A stretch of DNA of 64,000 nucleotides from an uncultured Chloroflexia bacterium (GCA_963748625.1 CAVVJT010000010.1:864001-928000); one strand, 5' to 3'. Shown: positions 19,015 through 28,396, counted from the stretch's first letter. Notes: a model not told the origin generated them from the letters alone. A program made the numbers and translations.

Positions 19015-19033
19015 CCGCCACGGGTCGCCGTCC

Positions 19034-21160
19034 TCAGGCCCGGCCGGCGGCCGTCTCCTCCGCGCGGGTGCGGCCCGCCAGGGCGATGAGGTCCTCGTGG
19101 AGCTCGAACCAGGCGCCGTGGTAGCTGTCCACCTTGGGGCTCGCGATGTACTTCCCGTTGCCGCCCTCCACCTGGGCCGCCGCAGCGGACAGCCGCACGC
19201 CGTAGAGCGCCAGCCTGGGCAGCCCGGCCGATACCGACGCGAGCCATCCCTCCACGTCACGGTGCAGCTCGCCGAGCCGGGCCAGGACCGCGGCGTCGTA
19301 GGCGGCGTCGGCATGGTCGTTGAAGACGCCTGGCCCCTTGGTCTGCCAGTCGGTGACGACCTGCTTCATCCGCCGGTCGAGGGTGACGAAAGCGTCGAGC
19401 GCGGCGTCCGCGGCAGCCGGGCCCCAGGCGGCACGATCCTCTGCGACCAGCGCCGCGGCGGCCTCCTTGCCCCCGTCGGTGAGGCGGAAGGCGCCCGAGA
19501 ACGGCTCGGCCAGGCCATCGGCCACGAGGGTGTCGATCTTGGACGTCGCCACATCGACCGGGACGCCCATCGCGACCGCGAGCGTGTCCGGCGTGGCGTT
19601 GCCCTTCGCCCTGAGCATCCGGAGCGCCAGGCTCCGCAGGTCGCCCTCCGCCGCCGCTGCCGGTGACGGCGCCCGTGCAGCCCGTGGCTCCTCATCCTCG
19701 CCGATCGCGGTCCCGAGCTCCCGCGCCCACCCGAGCAGCACCTTCGCCTCGGGCACGACCTCCTCCACGCCCGAAGCGACGCCCTCGAAGACCTCGCCGG
19801 TGGCGCCGTCGATCGTGATCACCGCGCCTGCGGCCAGCGTGCGCCCGCCGATGGCCACCACCCCATCCCCGATCACCACGTCGGATGCGCCCACGACCGC
19901 GGGAATCCCCCACCCCCGTGCGACCACCGCCGCGTGCGAGACGAAGCCGCCGGTGGACGTCAGGATCCCGGTCGCCCGGCCCATCCCGTGGACGTCGTCG
20001 GGCGAGGTCTCGGCGCGGACGAGGATCACGTCGCGGCCCGCGTCGGCGACCGCAACCGCGGCGTCCGGCGTCAGCGCGATCTCGCCGCAGGCGATGCCCG
20101 GAGAGGCCGCGAGGCCCGACGCCAGCAGCACGCCACCACCATCCCGGCACACGACCGAGCGGGGCGGATCGGCCAGGATCAGCCGCACGCGCTCCACCGC
20201 CTCCTCGCGGGACAGCGGGAACGTGGGGTCTTCCGCCATGTCGAGTGCCATCCGGAGCGCGGCCTGGGGCGTCCGCTTGCCGACCCGCACCTGGAGCAGG
20301 AACAGCCGGCCCTGCTCGATGGTGAACTCGATGTCACAGCAATCGCGGTAGTGGCGCTCGAGGCGGCCTGCGAAGTCCCGCAGCTCCGCCCCGACCGACG
20401 GCAGGCGCGTCTCAAGGACGGCGATCGGCTCCGTGGCGTGCGTGCCTGCGACCACGTCCTCGCCCTGGGCGTTGAAGAGGATGTCGCCGTAGAGCAGGTG
20501 CTCGCCGGTCGCCGGGTTGCGCGTGAAGAGCACCCCGGTTCCCGAGTCCGGGCCCCGGTTCCCGAACACCATCGCCTGGACGGTGACCCCGGTGCCCAGG
20601 TCGTCCGCGATCCCCTCGTGCTCGCGGTAGGCCTTCGCCCGATCGCTGTTCCAGGAGCGGAACACCGCCTCGACGGCGCCGCGCAGCTGGTCCCACGGGT
20701 CGGCGGGCACTGCGGGTACGCCCACGATCGAGCAGTACGAGGCCCGGAACCGCGCGTGGCAGTCGGCGGCGAACGCCGCGTCGCCTGAGACCCTCGCCAG
20801 GCCCGCCTCGGTCGCCTCGTTGAGTCCGAGGTTCAGGATCGTGTCCATCATCCCGGGCATCGACCGCGGAGCGCCGGACCGGACCGAGACGAGCAGCGGG
20901 TCGATCGCCGATCCGAAGCCCCGCCCGACCTTCAGCTCGAGCGCGGCCATCTGCGCGCGCAGCTCGTCGGTCAGCCCGGCGGGCCAGCCGTGGGCGAGGT
21001 AGTCCAGGCAGGCCTCGGTGGACACCGTGAACGCCGGCGGGACCGGCAGCCCCATCGCCACCGCCATGGTCGAGATGTTGGCGGCCTTGCCGCCGATCTT
21101 GCGCTGCAGCTCGGGGAGCGGCAGGCCATGGTCGACGTCGTACGCGAAGACGAACGTCAC
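19034..21160 (-). CDS. PPDK-like protein (ATP-grasp plus phospho-His swivel domain) lacking the pyruvate-binding barrel, fused to a wHTH/helical C-terminal domain
   Basis: IGGKAAN, LLVSVRSGAPRSMPGMMDTILNLGLN, VQAMVFGN, NAQGEDVVAG, DIEFTIE, GGFVSHAAVVARG; C-terminal NDHADAAYD...DSYHGAWFELHEDL. GTG start overlaps the upstream stop. Confidence 0.88.
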   Translation of the reverse strand: MTFVFAYDVDHGLPLPELQRKIGGKAANISTMAVAMGLPVPPAFTVSTEACLDYLAHGWPAGLTDELRAQMAALELKVGRGFGSAIDPLLVSVRSGAPRSMPGMMDTILNLGLNEATEAGLARVSGDAAFAADCHARFRASYCSIVGVPAVPADPWDQLRGAVEAVFRSWNSDRAKAYREHEGIADDLGTGVTVQAMVFGNRGPDSGTGVLFTRNPATGEHLLYGDILFNAQGEDVVAGTHATEPIAVLETRLPSVGAELRDFAGRLERHYRDCCDIEFTIEQGRLFLLQVRVGKRTPQAALRMALDMAEDPTFPLSREEAVERVRLILADPPRSVVCRDGGGVLLASGLAASPGIACGEIALTPDAAVAVADAGRDVILVRAETSPDDVHGMGRATGILTSTGGFVSHAAVVARGWGIPAVVGASDVVIGDGVVAIGGRTLAAGAVITIDGATGEVFEGVASGVEEVVPEAKVLLGWARELGTAIGEDEEPRAARAPSPAAAAEGDLRSLALRMLRAKGNATPDTLAVAMGVPVDVATSKIDTLVADGLAEPFSGAFRLTDGGKEAAAALVAEDRAAWGPAAADAALDAFVTLDRRMKQVVTDWQTKGPGVFNDHADAAYDAAVLARLGELHRDVEGWLASVSAGLPRLALYGVRLSAAAAQVEGGNGKYIASPKVDSYHGAWFELHEDLIALAGRTRAEETAAGRA

Positions 21161-23427
21161 GACGCGGGTTCCTTGGCCTGCAGCGCGTGCCAGACGCGCT
21201 CGGGGGTGAGCGGGAGGTCGTGGAGCTCGATGCCGGCGGCCTCGCGCACGGCAGCTGCCACGGCTGACGCCACGCCCAGCAGCGCGCCCTCGCTCATGCC
21301 CTTGCTGCCATACGGTCCCGGCCCGTCCGCATTCTCGACGGCCTCGCTGTGGAGCTCGACCGGGAGGTCCATGGACGTGGGGATCCGGTAGTCGATGGCG
21401 CCCAGGTTCCGGATCCGGCCCCAGTCGTCCCAGATGTAGTGCTCCATGAGCGTGTGGCCGAGGCCCATGATCGCCGCGCCCTCGTCCTGCATCCGGACCT
21501 GGAGCGGGTTGAGGGCTTTGCCGACATCGCTCACCGTGATGTGCCGGTGGATCGTGATGTCCCCGGTCTCCTCGTCGACGGACGCCTCGATGGCGGTTGC
21601 GTTGAACTCGAAGAAGGCGGCGGCGCCCGAGAGCGGGTGTGCGGGGTCGGCGTCCTTGCGGGTCTCGCCAAGACCCGTGATCTCGCCACCCAGCCTGCCG
21701 AAACCCGGCTTCATGACGTCCACAGGGGCGAGCTCGCGGCCGTCGGGCAGGCGGATGCGGCCGTTCGCGACCTCGATCGCCGCCTCGTCGATGCCGTGGA
21801 CGCGCGCGGCCATCGTGCGCAGCCTGGCCTGGACGTCCCGGCACGCAGCAAGGACGGCGTTGCCCATGAGCACGGTGGAGCGCGACGCCGACGTCTGCTG
21901 GTCGTACGGGACGATCGCGGTGTCGCCCATGACGACCGTGACCCAGTCGAGCGGGGCGCCCAGCTCCTGTGCGGCGATCTGTGCCAGGACGGTGCGGGCG
22001 CCCTGGCCCATGTCGGATGTGCCCGCGTACACGACGACCGACCCGTCGCCGAGGAGGCGCACGGTCGAATAGGACAGGCCGGTGGTGGGACCGGACTTGA
22101 TGCCCAGGGCGATGCCGCGGCCACGGCCCTCGGGGATCGGTGTGTCCCAGCCGATGCGATCCGCAGCGAGGCGGACGGTCTGCTCCCACTCCCCGTCGCA
22201 GGGCGTGTCGAACGGGATGAAGCGATCGCCCTTGTGCGCCAGGTTGCGCAGGCGGATGTCCAGCCGGTCGATGCCGAGCGCCTTCGCGCCGTCGTCGAGG
22301 TTGGACTCGACCGCCCAGTTGACCTGGGGGTTGCCGAAGCCGCGGAAGGCGGTCGAGGGGACGGTGTGCGACAGGATCGAGCGGGCCACGATGCGGACGG
22401 CGGGCACGAGGTACGGCCCGGCGGCCGGGTACGACCCCTTGCCCACGACCCGGTCCGCGATGTCCGTGTACGCGCCGATGAGATAGTCGGCGCGGATGTC
22501 CTGGAAGGCGATGCGACCGTCGGTGGTGAAGCCGGTCCGCACGTGGGTCTCGCACGCGGCGCGTCGCACGGCCTGGAACGTCTCCTCGAGCGTGAGGACG
22601 AGACGCACGGGCCGCCCGACCTTGAGCGCGGCGAACACGACCGCCGGCTCGTACTTCGCGTGCTGCTTGCCGCCGAAGCCGCCACCCGGGTCCGGGGCGA
22701 AGACCCGCACCTTCGCAAGCGGCAGGCCGACGAGCTGGGCGATGGTCTTCTGGAGCCAGTTGGGGTGCTGGATCGTGGACCACACGGCTATACCCCCGCC
22801 ATCCGGCGCGGCCATGAAGGCGTGGGGCTCGATGGCGAAGTGGGTGACCATGGGGAAGGTGTAGCGGCCCTCCACGATGACGCCTGCGGCGCGCTCGGCG
22901 GCCACGAGGTCGCCCCACTCGACGCGGTGCTCGTTGAGGACGTTGGTGTCCGCCCGCGGGTCGGCGGCGCCGCGGAGGGCCGGGTCCTGGACGAGGGGCG
23001 CGCCGGGCGCCAGCGCGGTGCCGATCGTGACGACCGCGGGGAGCTCCTCGAAGCTCACCTTGACGGCCGCGGCGCCGGCCTCGGCCTGCTCGAGCGTGTC
23101 GGCCGCGACAAGGGCGACGGGATCACCGTGGAACTTGGTCTCGCCGATCGCGAGCACCGGCCGGTCCACGCGCTGCGGGCCGAAGCGGGGCATCGGGTCC
23201 GGCAGGTCCGCGGCCGTCAGGACGAGGCGCACGCCGGGCAGGGCGAGTGCAGCCGATGCGTCGATCGCGTCGATCCGGGCACGGGCGACCGGCAGGGTGA
23301 CCAGCTTCGCGTGGAGCACGTCGGCGAGGCGGATGTCCGCGAGGTACTGCTGGGCGCCGGTCACCCGGTCGATGCCGCCGACACGATTCGGGGAGCCGCC
23401 GATGACCGGGTGGTCGGCAGGGCTCAC
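21157..23427 (-). CDS. Xanthine oxidase/dehydrogenase family molybdopterin-binding large subunit
   Basis: IEPH, GGGFGGK, AFRGFG, DMGQGARTVLAQIAA, DVGKALNP, DYRIPT, KGMSE (catalytic Glu). Confidence 0.93.
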   Translation of the reverse strand: MSPADHPVIGGSPNRVGGIDRVTGAQQYLADIRLADVLHAKLVTLPVARARIDAIDASAALALPGVRLVLTAADLPDPMPRFGPQRVDRPVLAIGETKFHGDPVALVAADTLEQAEAGAAAVKVSFEELPAVVTIGTALAPGAPLVQDPALRGAADPRADTNVLNEHRVEWGDLVAAERAAGVIVEGRYTFPMVTHFAIEPHAFMAAPDGGGIAVWSTIQHPNWLQKTIAQLVGLPLAKVRVFAPDPGGGFGGKQHAKYEPAVVFAALKVGRPVRLVLTLEETFQAVRRAACETHVRTGFTTDGRIAFQDIRADYLIGAYTDIADRVVGKGSYPAAGPYLVPAVRIVARSILSHTVPSTAFRGFGNPQVNWAVESNLDDGAKALGIDRLDIRLRNLAHKGDRFIPFDTPCDGEWEQTVRLAADRIGWDTPIPEGRGRGIALGIKSGPTTGLSYSTVRLLGDGSVVVYAGTSDMGQGARTVLAQIAAQELGAPLDWVTVVMGDTAIVPYDQQTSASRSTVLMGNAVLAACRDVQARLRTMAARVHGIDEAAIEVANGRIRLPDGRELAPVDVMKPGFGRLGGEITGLGETRKDADPAHPLSGAAAFFEFNATAIEASVDEETGDITIHRHITVSDVGKALNPLQVRMQDEGAAIMGLGHTLMEHYIWDDWGRIRNLGAIDYRIPTSMDLPVELHSEAVENADGPGPYGSKGMSEGALLGVASAVAAAVREAAGIELHDLPLTPERVWHALQAKEPAS

Positions 23428-23900
23428 GACGCGACCTCCCCGCTCGCGACGGCCTCAACCGCCTCGAAGATCTGCTCGTAGCAGGCGCACCGGCAGAGGT
23501 TCCCTGCCATCCCCTCCTCGATCTCGTGGCGCGTCGGGTGCGCGTGCTCCGCGAGCAGGGCATGCGCCGACATCAGCTGGCCCGGGATGCAGAAGCCGCA
23601 TTGGACCGCGCCCTTGTCCAGGAACGCCTGCTGGAGCGGGGCAAGGCGGCCGTCGCGCGACGCCAGGCCCTCCACGGTGAGGATCGCGGCGCCGTCGCAC
23701 TCCGCCGCAAGCACCAGGCAGGCGTCCACGCTCCGGCCGTCGAGCAGCACCGTGCACGCGCCACACTCCCCCACGAGGCAGCACTCCTTGGTGCCGGTCA
23801 GCTCGAGATCGCATCGCAGGACGTCGAGAAGGGTGGCATGCGGGGCGACGTCCACGGTGCGGGCGATGCCGTTCACGGTCATCGTGACGTTGATGGTCAT
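23424..23900 (-). CDS. 2x[2Fe-2S] small subunit (CoxS/XdhC-type)
   Basis: GTKECCLVGECGACTV, QCGFCIPG, GNLCRC. Confidence 0.95.
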   Translation of the reverse strand: MTINVTMTVNGIARTVDVAPHATLLDVLRCDLELTGTKECCLVGECGACTVLLDGRSVDACLVLAAECDGAAILTVEGLASRDGRLAPLQQAFLDKGAVQCGFCIPGQLMSAHALLAEHAHPTRHEIEEGMAGNLCRCACYEQIFEAVEAVASGEVAS

Positions 23901-24769
23901 GCCGGCACCTCCCCATCGAGGCGGGCGAGCGCCGTCGCCAGCGCCCGGCGGCCCAGGACCCGGAGCATCGCGAGCCGGTACTCGGGCCCCGCACGCATGG
24001 ACGTCGGCGACGGGTGTGCATCAGCGAACAGGTGCTCGAACACGGCCGCGCGGTCCTCCTCGGACGAGGTCGGGTCCGCGAGGATGCCCGACGAGTCCAT
24101 GCGGAGCAGCGGCCGCGGCCCGACGCTGCCGAACGCGACCCGGGTCACGTCGGAACCGTCCACTCCGCAGGCGAGCGTGACCGACGCGAGGTCGTGGCCG
24201 CGGCGTCGGGTCCGCCGCTGGTGGGCACTCGCAAGGCGGACATGGCGCGCAGGGAGCTCGATCGCGGTGACCAGCTCGCCCCGCGCCAGCGTGGTGACCC
24301 CGGACCGGACGAAGAACGCATCGAGGGGGATGCGGCGCGCGCCGCCCGGACCCGCGGCGACGATGATGGCGCCATGGATCAGGAGCGCTGGCGCCGTGTC
24401 GGCCGCCGGCGACGCATTGCACAGGTTGCCCGCGAGCGTCGCCCGGTTGCGGACCTGGACCGAGCCGACAACCGCCGCCGCCTCCGCAAGCGCGGCGACG
24501 TGACGCCGGATCACCGGGTGCGCCGCAATCTCGGTCATCGTGGTCGTGGCGGCGATGACCAGCCAGCCCCCATCGCCGGCACGGATCCCCGGCGCCAGCT
24601 CCGGCACGCGCTTCACGTCCACCACGATCGAGGGCGTCGCCGATCCATCCCGGAGGCGGATCAGGAGGTCGGTGCCGCCCGCCAGCACGCGCGCCGCGGA
24701 CCCGTGCTCGGCGAGCAGGGCCACGGCCTCCGCGAGGCTTGTCGGGCGGGCGTACTCGAACGGATGCAT
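23897..24769 (-). CDS. FAD-binding medium subunit (CoxM-type)
   Basis: FEYARP, LAGGTDL, QVRNRATLAGNLCNASPAAD. No Cys-rich [4Fe-4S] insert. Confidence 0.93.
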   Translation of the reverse strand: MHPFEYARPTSLAEAVALLAEHGSAARVLAGGTDLLIRLRDGSATPSIVVDVKRVPELAPGIRAGDGGWLVIAATTTMTEIAAHPVIRRHVAALAEAAAVVGSVQVRNRATLAGNLCNASPAADTAPALLIHGAIIVAAGPGGARRIPLDAFFVRSGVTTLARGELVTAIELPARHVRLASAHQRRTRRRGHDLASVTLACGVDGSDVTRVAFGSVGPRPLLRMDSSGILADPTSSEEDRAAVFEHLFADAHPSPTSMRAGPEYRLAMLRVLGRRALATALARLDGEVPA

Positions 24770-24772
24770 GGT

Positions 24773-25666
24773 TCAGGCGAGGATCCTGTCCACCTCGTCC
24801 ATGAGGACCTGGGGGTTAGCCGCACGGATGAAGTAGAAGGGGCGCTCGCAGAACCGGTTCACGAACTCCGCGCGGCGGGCGCGCAACTCGTCGTTGTCCA
24901 CCAGGGGCATCACATGTCCCGGCGCGAGCAGCTCGTTGGTCAGGAAGTAGTTCTGGAGGCTGTGCAGGAACTGGAACTGGCGCTCGAACGGGATGAGCTC
25001 GTTCGTGGCCGCGTCGAAGTTGCCGTCGATGGCCGGGACGATGACGAGGTCGATGTCGGGCTCGCCGTCGAAGAGCTCCCACTCCGGCATCACCGGGCCC
25101 CAGAACTTCTCGACGCCCTTGTTCGGGGCAGCCTTGTCGGAGCGCTCGGTGCCCTCGGTGCGCTTGACGAGGAACACGTCCACGGAGCCCATGACGGCGC
25201 GGCCGTCGTCAGCGATGACCGTGGTCTCGGAGGCCACCTGGCGCGCGCCGCGCTTGCCGGCCTCGATCAGGCCCATGGACTTGCCGTGGTTGGACTCGCC
25301 GCCCAGGAACAGGAACGTCCTGCCCTTGTAGTTCACGGCAGCGGAGTGGGACGGGTGGAGACCGACCGCCTCCATGCGCAGCGCGAGCACGGCCACGATG
25401 ACCTTCTGGATGGGACCCGCCGGCCAGTCCCCGGTGAACGTGACCCGGCGACCGTCGTACTCGACCTTCTTCGCCCCATCCTGGTTCCAGATGATGTCGG
25501 GCTCGGCCAGGGTGACCTCGGGCGAGATCCGAACATCGGCCAGGCGGTAGTTCATGAAGGACATGTCGTCGAGCACGTGCTCGCGCGGCGCGCCCCCGTG
25601 GACGTCGATCCGCAGGCGGGCGGCGCCGCAGGAGAACTCCTCGGTGAGCTGGAGCGTGTCGTTCAT
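24773..25666 (-). CDS. Hypothetical protein with a divergent HPr-kinase-like P-loop domain
   Basis: HSAAVNYKGRTFLFLGGESNHGKS...KRGARQVASE resembles the HprK C-terminal layout (H..V...G.....G.SG.GKS...RG..LVADD). Confidence 0.62.
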   Translation of the reverse strand: MNDTLQLTEEFSCGAARLRIDVHGGAPREHVLDDMSFMNYRLADVRISPEVTLAEPDIIWNQDGAKKVEYDGRRVTFTGDWPAGPIQKVIVAVLALRMEAVGLHPSHSAAVNYKGRTFLFLGGESNHGKSMGLIEAGKRGARQVASETTVIADDGRAVMGSVDVFLVKRTEGTERSDKAAPNKGVEKFWGPVMPEWELFDGEPDIDLVIVPAIDGNFDAATNELIPFERQFQFLHSLQNYFLTNELLAPGHVMPLVDNDELRARRAEFVNRFCERPFYFIRAANPQVLMDEVDRILA

Positions 25667-26409
25667 CGTGTCCTTCCGGGGGTGTCAGTCAGCGAGGGCT
25701 CAGCGGGGCCTGCGGGATCGGCGGACGCACCGGGTTCGGCCGGCTCCCCGGGCATCTCCACCCAGCGCTCGGCGAGCGAGGCGCGGGCAAGCTCGAAGTG
25801 GTGGCGGATGGCGTCCTCGGCGACGGCCGGGTCGCCGCCCCGAAGGCTCTCGATAATGGGCCCGTGGAGCTCTGCCATGCGGACGCGGTCGCCGCCCGGG
25901 AGGGCCATCGTGATGTACGTGCGCGAGTGCGGCTCAAGCCTGCCCCACACGCGGGCCAGCGTCGCGTTGCCGGCGAGGTCCACCAGGTCGCCGTGGAAGC
26001 CGGCGTCGGCGGCCGCCTCGGCCACGGTGTCCCCGGCGCGCGCGGCGTCGAGCATGTCGGCCAGGCGCCGCGCCAGGCGGACGAGATCGGCCTCGCCCAG
26101 GTTGGGCAGCGCGAGCCGGATGGCCAGGGCCTCGAGCTCGGCGCGCACCACGTACGCCTCGAGCATCTCGGCCTTCGACGGCCGCCGCACCCGGGCGCCG
26201 CGGAAGGCGGCGATCTCCACGACCCCGAGCGCCTCGAGGTCGCGGAGCGCCTCGCGGACGGGCGCCTGGCTGGTTCCCAGCTCCTTGGCCACCCGGGTCT
26301 CGATGATGCGGGACCCGGGCGGATAGCGGCCGTCGAGGATGCCCTCGAGCAGGCGGTCCTTGACGGCGTCCGACAGGACGCTGCGGGCGATGGCGGTCTC
26401 GGCAGTCAT
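25663..26409 (-). CDS. GntR (FadR subfamily) transcriptional regulator
   Basis: GRYPPGSRIIETRVAKELGTSQAPVREAL...RGARV; FCD-type domain with DAGFH and RHH. Confidence 0.93.
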   Translation of the reverse strand: MTAETAIARSVLSDAVKDRLLEGILDGRYPPGSRIIETRVAKELGTSQAPVREALRDLEALGVVEIAAFRGARVRRPSKAEMLEAYVVRAELEALAIRLALPNLGEADLVRLARRLADMLDAARAGDTVAEAAADAGFHGDLVDLAGNATLARVWGRLEPHSRTYITMALPGGDRVRMAELHGPIIESLRGGDPAVAEDAIRHHFELARASLAERWVEMPGEPAEPGASADPAGPAEPSLTDTPGRTR

Positions 26410-26423
26410 CCTGTCGTTCCCGG

Positions 26424-28217
26424 TCAGTCGATCGCCGGGATTGCGGGCGCCGCACGCTCGATGATGTCGACCACGCCGAGGACGTACGTCGTCCCGTCCT
26501 CGCGGGTGACCTCGCGGGAGGTGAGCCGCACCCGGTCACCGGTCCTGATCTTCGCGGTGGCGTTCGAGGTGCCCACGACCGCGGGAATCTCGTACTCGCG
26601 CGCGAGCACGGCCGGGTGCGCGGCGAACCCCCCGGCATCGGTCACGAGGCCTTGGATCTTGCCGAACAGGATCTGCCAGGCCGGGTTGGTCATCTGGCAG
26701 ACGAGGATGTCGCCGGGCTTGACCTGGTCGAACTCGGCCTCGGACAGGACCACGCGGGCGACGCCCTCGACGGTACCCGGCGAGCCCAGGATGCCGGTGA
26801 CCTCGGCCTCGGCCGCCCCGATGGAGCGATAGAACTTCTCCGGGAAGGCCCACAGGTTGAGATACGGGAAGTCGAGCTGGGCCTGGGTGCAGGTGCCCAC
26901 CCAGTCACGCGGCGTGACATCGTAGGCGGCGTCGCGCTCGGCCTTGTTCTTGGCGACCAGGGCACGGGCGTCGCCGGTCGGGTTGCCGATGACGTACCGC
27001 AGCTCGTTGTAGTGCATGAGGATCACGTCGTCGGGGCGGTCGATGGCGCCCGATGCCACGAGCTTCTCGCCCACCGCGAGCAGGACCTGGCGCACGTGCG
27101 CGTTGGCGCCCTGGTCGATGTAGAAGTGGTGGTCCGGGGTGAGCGGCGCCATGCGCAGGTTGACCGTCAGGGCCCGCTGCATGTCGGCGAGAGCGTCACC
27201 CTCCAGGCCGTCGAGGATCTCGGCTGAGGCGGCCTTGATGTCGTCGGCGAGGCGCTTCTTGGACGCCGGGTAGTCGTAGTCCTGGGTCACCTGGTCCCGC
27301 ACGAGGCCGATGATCGGCTCCATGTTCTCGAGGAAGCTCGGGAAGATGAACTCGTGGCTCCAGACCGCGTGCCAGCCGAACTCCTGCTGGTACGGCTTGA
27401 CGCGCTCGGCGATGAAGCGCTGGCCGCGCGGGCTCGCCTCGAGGGCCGCGACGATGTCCGCGGGCTCCTTGTGGTCGAAGGCAGCCTGAAGGTCAGGGTT
27501 GACCGTGACCTCCTCCTTCATGACCCACAGGGCCTCGATCTTGTCCCAGTTGCGGTCGGTGGCCGAGTTCTGGAGCCGGCCGAGGAGCGCGGGGTCCGCC
27601 TTGCCATGCTTGGCGGCGGTGGCCTGGAGGTCAAGGGTGCCGCTGAACTGGGCGAAATTCAGCATCCAGTGGATCTTCCAGTGGCGATCGTGGATGTCGA
27701 TCGCGTCCTCAAGGAGCACCGCGGCCCGGGCAAGGGACATGCTGTCCTTGGTCGCCAGCCGCGCCTCGAGGTAGTCGAAGTTGCGCTGCATCTCGGGGAC
27801 CAGGCGGTTCTTCCACCAGTCCGCGAACTCCATGCCGTACACGCCAAGCGTGCCGAACAGGTAGCCCCCGATGTTCGCCGCGTACGCCGGGTCCTGCGGG
27901 ACGACGGCGTTCATCGCGAACCCGTTCTCCTGCATCGCGACCTTGACGCCGGCTTCGGCCGGGACCGCCGCGGTGTACAGGTAGCCGTTGATCTTCTTGG
28001 CGATCCAGTCGCTCGCGAACGGCGTGCCGAAGCGGCGGAACATGTGGTCGCACGTGAGCCACCAGCCGCCGATGTCCTCGTACATCGGCGACAGCGGCTG
28101 CGGGCAGTGCAGGTCGTCGAAGACCCAGAAGAGGTCCTTCTCCGTCTCGCTCGACCACTCGACCGGGAACGACTCGTCACCGAAGAAGGTGGCGAGCGCT
28201 GTCTCCTTGAGGGGCAC
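26424..28217 (-). CDS. PEP-synthase-family phosphotransferase subunit: large helical substrate domain plus phospho-His swivel domain, no ATP-grasp
   Basis: N-terminal WVFDDLHCPQP, long helical core; C-terminal GSPGTVEGVARVV, GDILVCQMTNPAW, TDAGGFAAHPAVLAREYEIPAVVG. RBS AGGAGG. Confidence 0.85.
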   Translation of the reverse strand: MPLKETALATFFGDESFPVEWSSETEKDLFWVFDDLHCPQPLSPMYEDIGGWWLTCDHMFRRFGTPFASDWIAKKINGYLYTAAVPAEAGVKVAMQENGFAMNAVVPQDPAYAANIGGYLFGTLGVYGMEFADWWKNRLVPEMQRNFDYLEARLATKDSMSLARAAVLLEDAIDIHDRHWKIHWMLNFAQFSGTLDLQATAAKHGKADPALLGRLQNSATDRNWDKIEALWVMKEEVTVNPDLQAAFDHKEPADIVAALEASPRGQRFIAERVKPYQQEFGWHAVWSHEFIFPSFLENMEPIIGLVRDQVTQDYDYPASKKRLADDIKAASAEILDGLEGDALADMQRALTVNLRMAPLTPDHHFYIDQGANAHVRQVLLAVGEKLVASGAIDRPDDVILMHYNELRYVIGNPTGDARALVAKNKAERDAAYDVTPRDWVGTCTQAQLDFPYLNLWAFPEKFYRSIGAAEAEVTGILGSPGTVEGVARVVLSEAEFDQVKPGDILVCQMTNPAWQILFGKIQGLVTDAGGFAAHPAVLAREYEIPAVVGTSNATAKIRTGDRVRLTSREVTREDGTTYVLGVVDIIERAAPAIPAID

Positions 28218-28296
28218 CGTTGATCCTCCTTGTGCCCGGGGCTGACGTCCCCGCGGGCCTGGGTGTGGCTGGTGTACCGGCGCGACGGATCTACCT

Positions 28297-28343
28297 TCGA
28301 TAATCGATTAGCGATGGTAGGCCTGCGGCGGAGCGGGCGTCAA
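28297..28343 (-). promoter_or_regulatory. Sigma70-like promoter of the minus-strand operon with a downstream operator-like site
   Basis: On the minus strand TTGACG (28343-28338), 18-nt spacer, TACCAT (28319-28314), then the pseudo-palindrome that reads TCGATAATCGAT on the plus strand at 28297-28308. Confidence 0.65.
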
Positions 28344-28396
28344 GACGGGTACCCGTGCGATGGGAGACCGCTCGGATTGCAGCCGGCGGCCGCCGA

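Noticed and set aside
19034-22918. 1294-aa ORF in the track, suggesting a giant PPDK fusion
   Set aside because: The first ~586 aa are an Arg/Pro-rich shadow frame of the Mo-subunit gene. The real start is the GTG at 21160 that overlaps the Mo-subunit stop.
21157-24769. Aerobic CO dehydrogenase (coxMSL order)
   Set aside because: The large subunit has AFRGFG, not AYxCSFR, and no cox accessory genes are present.
26424-28217. Rifampin phosphotransferase resistance gene or ordinary PEP synthase
   Set aside because: There is no N-terminal ATP-grasp domain and no pyruvate-binding barrel, and the context is a GntR-linked catabolic operon.
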